Origin: the human T2T-CHM13v2.0 reference genome, Homo sapiens
Direction: 5' to 3' (one strand)
Assembly (NCBI RefSeq): GCF_009914755.1
Contig: NC_060943.1
Length of the DNA stretch: 64,000 bases
This document shows positions 32,519 to 60,726 of this stretch, piece after piece. The notes beneath the pieces are model-generated. The model made no database searches, was not told where the DNA came from, and saw only the letters and a program-made list of their open reading frames with translations. Numbering within the stretch: the first letter of the stretch is position 1; each line of letters begins with the position of its first letter. The position numbers and the translations under genes are program-made.

Positions 32519-33049
32519 TAGGCTGGTCTCCAACTCCTGACATCAGGTGATCCACCCACCTTGGCTTTGCAAGGTGCTGGGATTACAGGCGTGAGCCACC
32601 ACGTCCACCAACCATCTATTCTTTTTCACAAGTATTGTATTTTTAAATTTTTGCCTCCTTTGAACATTTAATGATTATTAATGGAATTACACTTAAAGGG
32701 TTTTTTGGAGCCTAGGCAACATAGTGAGACCCATCTTTACAAAAAATGAAAAAATTAGCCAGGCATGGTGATGCACACCTGTAGTCCCAGCTACTCAGGA
32801 GTCTGAGGCGGGAAGATTGCTTGAGCCCGGGAAGTCGAGGCTGCTGTGAGCCGTGACTGCACCACTGTACTCTAGCCTGGGCAACAATGAGACCCTGTCT
32901 CAAAAATAAAATAAAGGCCGAGTGTGGTGGCTCGCGCCTGAGGCTAGGAGTTCAAGACCAGCCTGGCCAACATGGTGAAACCCTGTCTCTACTAAAATAC
33001 AAAAAATTAGCTGGGTATGGTGGTGCGTGCCTGTAATCCCAGCTACTCA

Positions 33050-33154
<105 letters not shown>

Positions 33155-33167
33155 TCAAAATAAATAA

Positions 33168-33554
<387 letters not shown>

Positions 33555-33796
33555 TAGTATCTGAAGCTGCAGGCTATCCGTTCCAATGGTTGTGGTGTTT
33601 AGACTTTTTCACGGTTTTGTTTTTGTTTGCTTTGTGGAAAATAATGCTCCTACTATTTTTGTTTCAGTCTGCAAGTGCAAACGCACAATAAATTCTCTGG
33701 TAGTTGGAAAAAAATTACTGGATCTTGGTCAAGTTTAAATTTACAAACTTAAAAAAAGTGGTGGAGTGTATCAGTTGATCCTCCGTTTGTACATGA

Positions 33797-34130
<334 letters not shown>

Positions 34131-34262
34131 ACTAATGTTATCTTAATCGACTAGTTTTGTCTTCCTACTCAGTTTGAAGTGGGAACTATTTGACATTTAT
34201 ATCCTCATTAGCAAGGAGATGAACCTTTTTTTTCTGTTTTTTTTCTTTTTATTATTTAGTAA

Positions 34263-34508
<246 letters not shown>

Positions 34509-34511
34509 TGA

Positions 34512-34886
<375 letters not shown>

Positions 34887-35164
34887 TAAACCTTACAGAG
34901 AGCACCCAGGCATGCAGATGGACTTGTCACGAGGGAGAGCTCCCTGGAGCCAAATTTCTTCCTGCTCAGACCATAGTCCTAATTACTTAAGAAAACCCCT
35001 TCTAACTGTGTGGATCTTTTAACGTATGGTGCACATGAGTGCATGGAAATGAGAGAACCTGGGACAACAGCCCCTAGAGTGTCTGTCTGGGATCACTTCC
35101 TCCTGAAACTGGAGAAAGGGGATTTATGTTCTTTTTTTTTTTTTTTTTTTTTTTTTTGAGATAG

Positions 35165-35371
<207 letters not shown>

Positions 35372-36096
35372 TGAGGTGATCCACCTGCCTCGGCCTCCCA
35401 CAGTGCTGGGATTACAGGCATGAGCCATCCTGACCCAGATTTTATGTTCTTTTGGAGGTATGAAATTACCTGTTAATTTTATAATCATGGGCAAATTCAC
35501 CATCAGACCATTGTGGACATCAGTGAAGTCCCCTGAAAATTGATACTGTCAATCTATTCTTCAAGGTCAGCAAAGCCCAGATGACATGATTATGGATCTT
35601 CCAGAAAGTGCTCTTCTGACATTTTATCTCAATGTGTATATGTATTTGTGCTAAAAATTGGTTGGAAGCAGTTCTGAGGCTCATGGGTATAACGATTTTG
35701 TGAAAGTCTAAGTTGTGAGGGCCCCTTCCTTGTGCCTGAGCTGTCTTCCCAGTAACTTCCTAGTCTCACGAAATGGGACAGAAAGTAAAAGGAAAAACTG
35801 GGTCTATGATAGATATTACACATACAGCCGGGCGTGGTCGCTCATTGCCTGTAATGCCAACACATAGGGATATATATATATATCGGAAACAAGTTGAAAT
35901 TAATACGTCTCTAAAAGAGTATTTCCATTCAGTCAGCAGAATCTGAGTGCTTCTGATGGCCTCAAATACTTCAGGACGATATAGGCAGCTAGACCTTCTT
36001 AAAAGTTGGATTTCCACAAGCCTCCTGGCCTCTCATGTATAACAAAAGGGGATAGAAGATTCTCAATGTGTATTTACTTATTAAAACCTCCACCTC

Positions 36097-36944
36097 GGGG
36101 GGGGGGGGGGTCAGCCCCCCTGCCCGGCCAGCCGCCCCGTCCGGGAGGTGAGGGGCGCCTCTGCCCGGCCGCCCCTACTGGGAAGTGAGGAGCCCCTCTG
36201 CCCGGCCAGCCGCCCCGTCCGGGAGGGAGGTGGGGGTGTCAGCCCCCCGCCCGGCCAGCCGCCCCGTCCGGGAGGGAGGTGGGGGGGGTCAGCCCCCCCG
36301 CCCGGCCAGCCGCCCCGTCCGGGAGGTGAGGGGCGCCTCTGCCCGGCCACCACCCCGTCTGGGAGGTGTGCCCAACAGCTCATTGAGAACGGGCCAGGAT
36401 GACAATGGCGGCTTTGTGGAATAGAAAGGCGGGAAAGGTGGGGAAAAGATTGAGAAATCGGATGGTTGCCGTGTCTGTGTAGAAAGTAGACATGGGAGAC
36501 TTTTCATTTTGTTCTGCACTAAGAAAAATTCCTCTGCCTTGGGATCCTGTTGATCTGTGACCTTACCCCCAACCCTGTGCTCTCTGAAACATGTGCTGTG
36601 TCCACTCAGAGTTAAATGGATTAAGGGCGGTGCAAGATGTGCTTTGTTAAACAGATGCTTGAAGGCAGCATGCTCGTTAAGAGTCATCACCACTCCCTAA
36701 TCTCAAGTAATCAGGGACACAAACACTGCGGAAGGCCGCAGGGTCCTCTGCCTAGGAAAACCAGAGACCTTTGTTCACTTGTTTATCTGCTGACCTTCCC
36801 TCCACTATTGTCCCATGACCCTGTCAAATCTCCCTCTGTGAGAAACACCCAAGAATTATCAATAAAAAAATAAATTTAAAAAAATAATAAATAAAAAAAA
36901 AATAAAAAAAAAGACTGTCTCAAACAAAAAAAAAAAAAAAAAAA
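36097..36944 (+). mobile_element. 5'-truncated SVA retrotransposon (SVA_F-like) in ZNF791 intron 1
   Basis: GC-rich VNTR units (gccgccccgtccgggaggtgagggg), SINE-R, AATAAA, poly(A); 14-bp TSD AAAACCTCCACCTC at 36083-36096 and 36945-36958; TT/AAAA L1-endonuclease site. Confidence 0.95.
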
Positions 36945-38160
36945 AAAACCTCCACCTCATTTAATCCCATATCTTAAGGAATGCTGAATGATTTGGGTAA
37001 TAAGAAATTAGGCTGTGGGCTGGGTATGGTTATTCATACCTGTTATCACAACACTTTGGGAGGCCGGGGCAGGAGGATCACTTGGGGCCGAGAGTTAAAG
37101 GTCAACCTGGACAATATAACAAAACCCCAGCCGGAGGCAGTGGCTCACGCCTGTAATCCCAGCACTTTGGGAGGCCGAGGAGGGTGGATCACGAGGTCGG
37201 GAGTTCAAGACCAGCCTAGCCAAGATGGTGAAACCCCATCTCTACTAAAAATACAAAAAATTAGCTGGGCGTGGTGGCACGCGCCTATAATCCCAGCTAC
37301 TTCGGAGGCTGAGGCAGAGAATTGCTTAAACCTGGAGGGGCGGAGGTTGCAGTGAGCCGAGATCGCACCACTGCACTCCTGCCTGGGTTACAGAGTGAGA
37401 CTCCGTCTCAAAAAAAAAAAAAAAAAAGAAAGAAAAAAAAACCCATTTATCTGGGAGTGGTGTTGCACATCTGTAGTCCTAACTACTCGTGAAGCTGAGG
37501 CAGGAGGATGTCTTGGGGGCCCAGGGATTTGAGGCTACAGTGAGTTAGGATTGCTGCACTTGAGCCTGGGTGACAGAGCAAGACCCTGTCTCTTAGAAAA
37601 CAACAAACAAACAAACAAGAAATAAGAATTTATCTCATAAAGAATTGAAGATCTTGCCTGTAATCTCAGCAATTTGAGAGGCCAAGGCTAGTGAATCGCT
37701 TGAGCTGAGGAGTTTGAGACCAGCCTGGGCAACATGGCAAAACCCCATCTCTACAAAAAATATACACAAAATACTTACCTAGGTGTAGTGGTGTGTTCCT
37801 GTAGTCCCAGCTACTCAGGAGGCTGAGGTTGGAGGATTGCTTGAGCCGGGAGGACTAGGCTCCAATGAGCTGTGATTGTACCACTGCACTCCAGCCTAGG
37901 TAGCAGAGCGAGACCATCTATGTCTCAAAAAGGAAGAAAAAAAAATTGATCCTAAAATTTGTCTCATTTGTGTAGGATTTCTTTCATTTTTCTAAGTTGA
38001 TCTAGATACTACCATTAGAGAGCAATAGGACTTACAGTGACCACAGTGAAGATGTAGCTATAAGTTTATGTGTTCAATGTGCTGTTACATTTCTAACAAT
38101 TGAGTCATGCACTAAATGTTTGGAGACCACAAAATCGTGTGTGAATTTCTTATGAATTGA

Positions 38161-38992
<832 letters not shown>

Positions 38993-39164
38993 TAGAGAAC
39001 TGCCATTTCTTGCTCATAATCACTGTTCCAAGATTTGGAATCTGAAAAGGAAACACTTCTGTAAATAAACCAGGCATGGTTACAGCTCATTGTGAACCTA
39101 TAATCTAATAATATTTGTATAATTTTTAATAATTTATCATGATTATTCTTGATCTACATTTTAG

Positions 39165-39225
39165 GGGAAAAATGGGAAGACCCGAATGTTGAAGATCAAC
39201 ACAAAAACCAAGGACGAAATCTAAG
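39165..39225 (+). CDS. ZNF791: ZNF791 exon 3 (61 bp)
   Basis: ttttag|GGGAAAAATGG...CTAAG|gtgagt; GEKWEDPNVEDQHKNQGRNLR. Confidence 0.95.
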
Positions 39226-39660
39226 GTGAGTTGCACTCACAAGAAGTAACAGTGTTCCTTGAAAGAATCTTAAAAATGTTATGGCCGGGCACGGTGGCTC
39301 ACACCTGTAATCTCAGCACTTTGAGAGGCTGAGGTGGGTGGATCATGAGGTCAGGAGTTCAAGACCAGCCTGGCCAACATGATGAAACCCCGTCTCTACT
39401 AAAAATACAAAAAAAGTTAGCCAGTTGTGGTGGTGGGCGCCTGTAATCCCAGCTACTCTGGAGGCTGAGGCAGAGAATTACTTGAATCCAGGAGGCAGAG
39501 GTTGCAGCGAGCCGAGATCGCGCCACTGCACTCCAGCCTGGGCAACAGAGCGAGACTCTGTCTCAAAAAAAAAAAGAAGTTGTGACACTTTTAAAACAAG
39601 AAGCAAGCTTAGCTCCAAATTTATTTATTTATTTGTTTTATTTATTTTTTCTTGAGATGA

Positions 39661-39999
<339 letters not shown>

Positions 40000-40189
40000 T
40001 GAAAAATATTATACTTGGGCCGGGCACTGTGCCTCACGCTTATAATCCCAGCACTTTGGGAAGGTGAGGTGGGCGGATCACCAGAGGTCAGGAGATCAAG
40101 ACCAGTCTGGCCAACACAGTGAAAACCTGTCTCTACTAAAAATACAAAAATTAGCCGGGTGTGGTGGCACACACCTGTCATCCCAGCTA

Positions 40190-40766
<577 letters not shown>

Positions 40767-40895
40767 TGATCTGCCCACCTCGGCCTCCCAAAGTGCTGGG
40801 ATTACAGGCGTGAGCCACCATGCCCAGCCAATTTTTGTATTTTTTAGTAGAGATGGGGTTTCACTATGTTGGCCAGGATGGTCTCGATCTCCTGA

Positions 40896-41300
<405 letters not shown>

Positions 41301-41786
41301 TAGTAGAGACGGGGTTTCACCCTGTTAGCCAGGGTGGTCTTGATCTCCTGACCTCATGATCTGCCCGTCTCGGCCTCCCAAAGTGCTGGGATTACAGGCG
41401 TGAGCCACTGTGCCCGCCCAGAAACAGTACTTTAAAGCCTCACATATAATTTCCGGAAGCCAAGGTGAGCAGATCATTTGAGCTCAGGAGTTTGAAACCA
41501 GCCTGGGCAACAAGACGAGACCCTGTCTCTACAAGAAACAGAAAATTCAGTCAGTTGTGGTGGTGCATGCCTGTAGTCCCAGCTACATGGGAGGCTGAGG
41601 TGGGAGGATTGATTGAGCCCGGGAGGTCAAGGCTGCAGTGAGCCATGATTGCATCACTGTACTCCAGTGCGGGTGACAGAGTGAGACTCTGTCTCAAAAT
41701 GAAACCAAAAAAAAAAAAACCCATACCTCAATATTACTGTTTTGATAATAGCTATCAGTGACACAAGCCCTCTTGCAGAACATTGA

Positions 41787-43775
<1,989 letters not shown>

Positions 43776-43912
43776 AAACTCTATAAATGTGAGAAATAGG
43801 AGAAAGTTTTCAATTCTAACAGATGCTTTCAAAGTTGTGAAAATTCCCACTGAAGAGAGAAATCCTGTCAATGTAAGTAATATAGAAAGCGAGATACAAG
43901 ATGATTCATGTA

Positions 43913-45904
<1,992 letters not shown>

Positions 45905-45963
45905 AAAATGCTCCAGAAAATTCACACCATGATATAAATTCATCACACACGATATAAAAGTTA

Positions 45964-46284
<321 letters not shown>

Positions 46285-46458
46285 TCATTCTTCAAGTACA
46301 TCTCTGGACTATGAATTGTAACTTAACTACTTTTCCAAGAAGTCTTGGAAGTGAGATAATTCTGTAAGTACTCTTTAAGCAGTGGTCAAAAGTTTAAAAG
46401 GTTGTGTTTTCTCATTAAATCAGTTAGTAAAACTTTTCTCTTTCTCTTGATGTCTTGA

Positions 46459-46758
<300 letters not shown>

Positions 46759-46879
46759 TGAGCCACCGCACCCGGCCTGAAGTGTATTTTTTTTTTCTTT
46801 TAAAGACCAGTGTTAGTAGAAGTGTATTTTTAATATACAATTAGTTTTAATTTGTGTATAGTTTTTCAGTTGTTCTCTG

Positions 46880-46885
46880 AATAAA
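46880..46885 (+). terminator. Candidate ZNF791 polyadenylation signal
   Basis: AATAAA in unique sequence ~3.1 kb past the stop codon; other candidates exist (e.g. ~47813). Confidence 0.35.
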
Positions 46886-47447
46886 GAGATTGTTGAATAC
46901 TGACACACTGTAACTAGGATTTTTCCTACTGGCCTCATGTGGAAGGTGGTGCATATATTACCCATTATATATTTATTTCACCTTTTCCGAAAAACTGCTT
47001 TTTAAATTTCTTGGCCAGACACGGTGGCTCACTCCTTTGTAATTCCAGCACTTTGGGAAACCAAGGCAAGCAGATCACTTGAGGTCAGGAGTTCGAGACC
47101 AACCTGGCCAACATGGTGAAATCCCATCTCTACTAAAAATACAAAAATTAGCTGGGCATGTTGGAGGGCACCTGTAATCTCAGCTACTTGGGAGGCTGAG
47201 GCAGGAGAAATGCTTGAACCTGGAAGTCAGAGGTTGCAGTGAGCCAAGATCACACCACTGCACTCCAGCCTGGACAACAGAACGAGACTCCATATCAAAA
47301 AAATTAAATTAAAATATAATAAATTTCTTGCCGGGCGCAGTGGCTCACACCTGTAATCCCAGCACTTTGGGAGGCCGAGGTGGGCGGATCACGAAGTCAG
47401 GAGATTGAGACCATCCTGGCTAATACAGTGAAACCCCGTCTCTACTA

Positions 47448-47639
<192 letters not shown>

Positions 47640-49030
47640 CTAGAAGAGCCTTATTCCATTTTCCTTTTTATTAAACATCTGGCATAAGTTGGTAAGTATG
47701 TGAAGTTTATCATATATTCTTATGCGAATTATTATTTTCGCCTTTTTTTTATAATTCTGTCTGGGATTTGAATAGTAGAGTTTGAATTCAGGAAGGACAC
47801 CTGTGATAGGACAATAAAATCTAGAGCTGGACATGGCCCTCCTGCTACCTGTCGACACAGGTAAATTTCCTAGAATCTGTTCCCTTTATAGATCCATGTT
47901 GAAATTCACTTATAGCCTCACTTGCATGAGATTTGCCAGGCAGAAGTGAAGAAGACATTAGTCAGGTATTGGAACCCCACCATACAGGGAGACAGCCTGC
48001 TTCCTGCTCATTTTCCTGGTTATTTTCTCTGCCAATCAAAAGTATCCTGAAAACACCCTGAGCTGCTTGACTTCCATTCTCAAAGAGATGTGTTGGTTTC
48101 CACAGTTGTCTCCACAAGCTCCGCATCAAAGATCCACGTACAGTTTGGATTTTCCTTCTAGCCTTCATGTGTGGCCCAAGCATCTATTTCAGACTGTCAT
48201 GGTTGGCATTGTTCTCTGAGGTTCTGTCTTCCCTTTGTGTTTCTATGAGCTTTAATTTGTATGGTTCTTGTTCTGTTAATGCCACTAGGGACTATGTATT
48301 CCTGATTCCACCATGACAGCTACAGTAAAACAGTAAAAAAAAAAAAAAACAACTATATGGGAGTTTGTTCTCTTACTGCATTATACAGTGACTACTCTCC
48401 CCCATCCTTCCATTTGAGAATAATCACCTTCCTCATATCAGACAAATTGTGGGTGTTTCCAACTATTCCTGAATATTCTCCATCAGTTTATTTTCATTTA
48501 TGTTTGGTTGTATGCAACTAAAATAATGCATTTTTTATTTATTTGAAGCAAAAGCTTCTTAGATGTTTCTTAGAAATATTTTGTTAACTGTTTCCAAACA
48601 ACATGTATACTATCAAATATTATCATCATCTGGGTGCAGTGGCTCATGGCTGTAATCCCAACAATTTGGGAGGCTGAGGCAGGATTGCTTGAGGCCTGAA
48701 GTTGGAGACCAGCCTGGGCAACATAGTAAGACCCCATCTCTATTAGTTCAAAAACAAATAATTGTCTTCCCCGTTTCCTGAAAGGCTATATTAAAATATC
48801 CCATTACAGTTATGAATATTCAGATCAACTTTGTCATTTTGTCAAGATACATTCTGACTCAATATTAGCATGTGCATAAATGTTCTGGTATTTTTCCCTT
48901 AGATGTTTTTTATTCTTATACTTACATTTTGTCATAAAACAAAATTCTCTTCAAAACAGTGGTATTTTCAGTGCCCTATTGCCAGCAATCACCACGGTCA
49001 CACCTGTATTCAGAATTAATTATGGTAATA

Positions 49031-49140
49031 CAGTAGTCAATTCTGATCCAAAGTTTTGCTTTCTGTGGTTTTAGTCACTCATGGTCAAACACAGTCCAAA
49101 AATACTTAGTGGAAAATTCCAGAAATAAATGTTTCATAGA
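49031..49140 (+). mobile_element. MER8-like DNA transposon fragment
   Basis: cagtagtc...ttttgctttctgtggttttagt...ggaaaattccagaaataaa. Confidence 0.55.
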
Positions 49141-49165
49141 CTTATTTATTTATTTATTTATTTGA

Positions 49166-49382
<217 letters not shown>

Positions 49383-50034
49383 TGATCCACCCACCTCAGC
49401 CTCCCAAAGTGCTGGGATTCCTCCCATCTTACACATGAAAAAACAGAGGCAGAGAGAGCACAGGGTCTTTCCCAAACTCATGTAAATCAGAATTATAGAA
49501 TCTCAAAGTTTTGAAGTTCTAGTGTGTTCCACCACCTGTCAAACTTTTTTTTTTTTTTTTGAGATGAGGTCTTGCTCTATCACCCAGGCTAGATTGCAGC
49601 GGTGCGATCATAGTTCACTGTCACCTTGACTTCTGGGGAGTGATCCTCCTGCCTCAGCCTCCCAAGTAGTTGGGACTGCAGGTGCATGCTTCCATAAGCG
49701 GACTTAGAAAATTTGAATGAGGCCGTACTGGGTGCCTCATGCCTGTCATCTCAACACTTTAGGAGGCTGAGGTGGGAGGATGGTTTGTGCCCAGGAGTTC
49801 CACGTGGCAGTGAGCTGTGATTACACCACTGCACAGCAACCTGGGCGACAGTGAGGCTCAGTCGTGTTGAAAAAAGAAAAGACAGAGAGAGAAAGAAAAG
49901 AAAAAGAGAGAAAGAAAGAAAAAGAAAGGAAAGAGAAAGAAAGCAAAAGAAAGAAAAGCAGAGATATGAGAGAAGGAAGGAAGGAAGGGAAGGAGAAAAA
50001 AGGAAAAAAAAAAAGAACTGAGACCCCATCTCTA

Positions 50035-50163
<129 letters not shown>

Positions 50164-50284
50164 TCAGACCTGGGTGACACAGTTCATGTCAGCCACCTTC
50201 CAAAACAGGCAAGAATGCTATGTGTGTCATAGCCTATAATTTGTACCACATTAAGGTTGCTTTGATCTAGGGCAGAACTTATGA

Positions 50285-50533
<249 letters not shown>

Positions 50534-50647
50534 TGATCCGCCCGCCTCGGCCTCCCAAAGTGCTGAGATTACAGGCGTGAGCCACTGCACCCGGCCAAAG
50601 CACCATTCTCTAAAATCCCCACCAAGCCTTTGTCTCCTTGCAGTTAG

Positions 50648-51305
<658 letters not shown>

Positions 51306-51393
51306 TGATTCAGATGCGCCTGTGCAGGACTGTGACCAGGTGCAAGTCGCCCTCCCCTGACCTCCCTGTTTAGCCTGAATGATCCTTCCCAAG

Positions 51394-52085
<692 letters not shown>

Positions 52086-52269
52086 CCAAGGTTTTCTGTA
52101 AGTGTCTGATGAATACGCACAGTGGGAACTGCAGCTGAGCTTTAGGTGGCATCCTAAAAGCCTCTTTGTCAGCCTGAGCCCGTGTCCTCTTAAGAGGGAG
52201 AGTTGGGGCTGGGTGCGGTGGCTCACGCCTGTAATCCCAGCACTTTGAGAGACCGAGGCGGGTGGATCA

Positions 52270-52539
<270 letters not shown>

Positions 52540-53017
52540 TCACTCTCAGCGACGGTGCCCCACGTGAGTTGGAGGCCAGGAGCAAGGTGCCTTCCTGGGC
52601 CTCCCTGGCTGCGATCCTGTCCTCAGGAGGGCGACCCCAGTCACGTGCGACCGCTCAAGGCGGTCCTCAGAAGCGGAGGGGACCTCCGCGGGCCAGTAGG
52701 CCTTCAGAATTCTTAGAAATCACTCACCCCCGTCCTGCAGTGACAATCTCAGGAGAGCCTGTCTACAGACTGGCGCCTGTAGAGAAGATCCTGCCATTGC
52801 CCCTGGCTTCCAGGAACTGAACTGGATTCTGAGCATCATGGCAGAATCTTATCCCACCTATGCAGCAGGCTAGCTCCAGGGAGAAAATATAAACGTCAGG
52901 CCGGGCGTGGTGGCTCACGCCTGTAATCCTAGCACTTTGAGAGGCCGAGGCAGGCGTATCACGAGGTCAGGAGATCGAGACCTTCCTGGCTAACACAGTG
53001 AAACCCCATCTCTATTA

Positions 53018-53304
<287 letters not shown>

Positions 53305-53308
53305 CTAA

Positions 53309-53917
<609 letters not shown>

Positions 53918-53995
53918 TAGACAGGATGGTCTCGATATCCTGACCTCGTGATCCGCCCGCTTCAGCCTCCCAAAGTGCTGGGATTACAGGCGTGA

Positions 53996-54208
<213 letters not shown>

Positions 54209-55380
54209 TGACCACAGCCAAGCCAGGAAGCCTTCTTCAGGTATCCCTAGCCAGCCTGCAGGAGGTCTTGGAAACTTGTTCAACGGATAAATATAACTGG
54301 GCCCACAAAGAATCACAGGAATACTTAATCCCTCCAGCCTCCAGGGCCAGCCTGGCCCCAGCTGTGTAGGGGGGCTTAGAAGTGTCTTCAGGACTCATCT
54401 AACTACCAGGCCCAATCTGGCGGTGGGCAGAACCTGGGGCCCTTCCCACAGCAGTCCGAGGACCTTCCTGACTGTGATCCTGGCCCCAGCAGGGGGACCT
54501 AGAAAACGCCAATGAAGCTGTGGGCAAGCAGGCACCAGGTGGGAAAGCGGCCAAGCTCAGGGCACCCTACTCCGCTCACCTGCGACGGCAGCAGCCAGTC
54601 CCCACGGGCGGAGGGGACCTCATGCGACATTCAGCCCGCGAGATTCTCAGAGACTGCTCGCCCGCAACACGCAGTAACGATCTCAGGAGAGCCCATGATG
54701 GGGCGGCGCGTGTCGTAGCCGAGAAGACTCTGTCATCGCCGGCGACCTCCTGGAACTCTCTCTTGCGGTTTGCAGCCAGATCACTTCCCATACACGCGGC
54801 AGCCAAGCTCAGGGGATGGCATCAGACTGACCCTAGGTGGCGCTCGAACACCCGCCGGACCTCACCAGACAGGCACTTTCCCCAGTCTACACCGCCTGGT
54901 TCGGGTCCCACATGAACCTGTAATACACTCGGCCCAAAGCGGTCAGAGGATGGCCTGGTGGGCCCGGGGCACCCTCCACGGAACTCCCTGAATGGCCAGG
55001 GCTGATCCCAGCCTCCATAGGCAGACAGAAAATGTGAATGAAGCCCTGCTGGATGCCTCATGCCTACCACCTCAACACTTTGGGAGGCCGAGGCGGGAGG
55101 AGAGATGTGCCCTGGAGATGATGCAGTGCGCTATGATCGCATCATTGCACAGCAGCCTGGGTGACAGCGAGACTCGGTCGCGGGAAAAATAAAACAAAAA
55201 ACAAAAACAAACCAAAAAAAATGAAAGAGAGAGGGAGAGGGAGGGTGGAAGGAGGGAGGAAGGAAGGGAGAGAGGGAGGGAGGGAAGGAGGGAAAAAGAA
55301 AGAGAAAAGGAAAAAGAGGCCGGGCGCGGCGGCTCACGCCTGTAATCCCAGCACTTTGGGAGGCCGAGGCGGGCAGCTCA

Positions 55381-55659
<279 letters not shown>

Positions 55660-56238
55660 TCAAAAAAAAGGAAAGAAAATGAAGAAGAACATTCAAGATG
55701 GAAGGAAGGGAGGGAAGGGAAAGAAAGAAAGGAGTGAGGGAGGGAAAGAAAAAGAAAGAGAAAAGAAAAAAAAGGAACATTTGGGAAGGCCCACAGGGGA
55801 ATGAAGCCACAACAATATCCTACTCAGAACCTCCTTCTCCCATCAAAACCATCCCTCTACCTCCTCTTCCCCCTGCTTTCCCCGCCACTGCTTCTGCGGC
55901 TCCCAGTGATCCCCCTCCTTTTACCCTCCCCGTCCCTCTCTTCATGCCCCTATTCCTATCTCCTATCACTCAGAATTGGCAACGTTTTCAGCAGGTGCTT
56001 CAGACGCGTCTGCATAGGACTGTGACCAAGTCCAAGTCGCCCACCCTTAGCCCTCCCTGTTTGGCCCCAGTCATCCCTCCAGACGTTTTCTGAAGGTGTC
56101 CGATGAATGGTCGCCATGGAAACTGCAGCTGGGGTCTGGGTGCCCTCCTTCATCCTCCCTGTATGCCTGGGCGAGTGTCCCTTCTTAAAAGGGGCCTTGG
56201 GAAAAATTTCAGGACGCACTTTCTGCGACGGTACCTTA

Positions 56239-56656
<418 letters not shown>

Positions 56657-57699
56657 TCACGCCTATGTAATCCCAGCGCTTTGGGAGGCCGAGGTGGGCG
56701 GATCACGAGGTCAGGAGATCGAGAACACCCTGGCTAACACGGTGAAACCCCGTCTCTACTAAAAATACAAAAAGCCGCGCCTGTAGTCCCAGCTACTCGG
56801 GAGGCGGAGTTTGCAGTGAGCACCACTGCACTCCAGCCTGGGTGACAGACCGAGACTCCATCTCAAAAAAAAAAAAGAACGAAAATGTATCCAGTGATGC
56901 TGTGAACAACCCGGCACCAGATGGGAAAGCGGCTGAGCCCAGGGCGCCCTACCCCATTCACCTGCGACGGCACCAGTCGGTCTCCAAGGGCAGAGGGACC
57001 TTCATACGCCACTCTTCTTCCGCGATTCTCAAAGATTCCCATCCCGCAGTAATGATCTCAGGCTCCCCCGGATCCCGCAGTAACTATCTCAGGAGAGTCC
57101 ATTATGCAGCACCGCGTGTGGCCGGCCGAGAAGACCTTGCCATCTCCTTCGGTCTCCTGGAACACTGTCCTGGGCTCTCCGGCCGGATCTTGTCCCACAC
57201 ACGCGACAACCGAGCTCCGGGGACGATATCAGAGTGATCACAAAGTGGCGCCCGACCACCGGTGGGACTGCGCCGGACCTGGACCTTCCCCTACCGGACC
57301 AGATGCCACCTGGTCAGGGTCTCACTCCAACTTGTATCTCGGCCCAAAGCAGTCAGAGGGTAGCCTGCTGGGCCCGGGCCACCCTCCACGGATTCCCTGA
57401 ATGGCCAGGGCTGATTCCCAGCCTCTACAGGCTGGCTTAGAAAAATTAGGGAGAGGCTGGGCATGGCAGCTCAAGCAAGTCATCCCAACACTTTGGGAGG
57501 CTGAGACGGGGGGATTGCTTGAGCCCAGGATTCTGAGGTTGCAGTGTGTTTTGATCAGGCCAGCACACTCCAACATGGGTGATAGAGGGAGTCCCAGTCT
57601 CCCTTCCCGGGTTCATGCCAGTCTCCTGCCTCGGCCTCCCGAGTAGCTGGGACTACAGGCACCCGCCACCATGACCAGCTAATTTTTTGTTGTTGTTTT

Positions 57700-58520
<821 letters not shown>

Positions 58521-59377
58521 TCAATCCGGAGACTTTTTAAGGTTTTCAGGGGGTTCATCCTGTGGCCAGATTCTATGCAGCAGGACAATTATGCTGGGGT
58601 GCCCTTCTCGGGCCTCTCTGGCTCACCTGTAATAATCCTTGTCTTTAGAGGGTGACTTAGACAAATTTTCAAGGAGCACATCCAGGAACCAGGCCCCATG
58701 TGTGACCAAAACTAAGCCTGGGTTGCTCTGCCCTATGGTTCCTAGCTGACCTAAGCTGTTTCCTTATCCCCACCCCATCCCCAAGGACTTACAAATATTT
58801 CCTGGAGGCACATCCCACAATCAGAGGCCTCTGCAGGATGACAGCCCACCTGTGGTCCTTCTGCTGGCCTCCTTCTTTGGCTGCGACCAGTCCCTACCAC
58901 TGGCTGGGACACAGGAAACTTTGCACTCAGAGCCTCCTATGAAGGAGCCCACATGGGGCTGTGGGCAAACTCAGGTCACCCTCTCCAGGCCTCTCTGGTT
59001 GGCCAGGTCCAATCTCTCTTCCTGGAGAGGGACTTATAAAAGTTTTCTGCGGAGGAGTCACATGTTAAAACAGGGACGCATGTGGGACCAGGGCTGAGCC
59101 TGAAGAGTACTCCACAGTCCTCCTTACTCAGCCCAGGCCAGTCACTACCATAGGAGAGGGACTTAGAAATATTTTTGGTGGGGGTGATACCTCCAGTAAC
59201 AGGTCCAATACGGCAGACAGGTGCAGGGAGCCCTTTTCAGGCCTCACAAGCTGGCCCAGCCCTCCGTCAAGAAGGAAACTTGAAAAAGAACACATCTGGG
59301 CTGGGCGCGGTGGCTCACGCCTGTAATCCCAGCACTTTGGAAGGCTGAGACAGGCAGATCACGGGGTCAGGAGATCA

Positions 59378-59982
<605 letters not shown>

Positions 59983-60105
59983 TGAGTAGCTGGGACTACA
60001 GGTGTGTGCCACCATGCCCAGCTAATTTTTGTATTTTTAGTAGAGAAGGGGTTTCACCATGTTGGCCAGGATGGTCTCAATCCCTTGACCTTGTGATCCA
60101 TGTGA

Positions 60106-60303
<198 letters not shown>

Positions 60304-60321
60304 TAAATGCACGCCATCCTA

Positions 60322-60726
<405 letters not shown>

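Noticed and set aside
36111-36873. Pro/Gly/Arg-rich ORFs
   Set aside because: Translations of the SVA VNTR and SINE-R.
58530-59300. Regularly spaced motif as a CRISPR-like repeat-spacer array
   Set aside because: Eukaryotic DNA; the anchors are degenerate and the intervening sequences are homologous to each other, i.e. tandem monomers.
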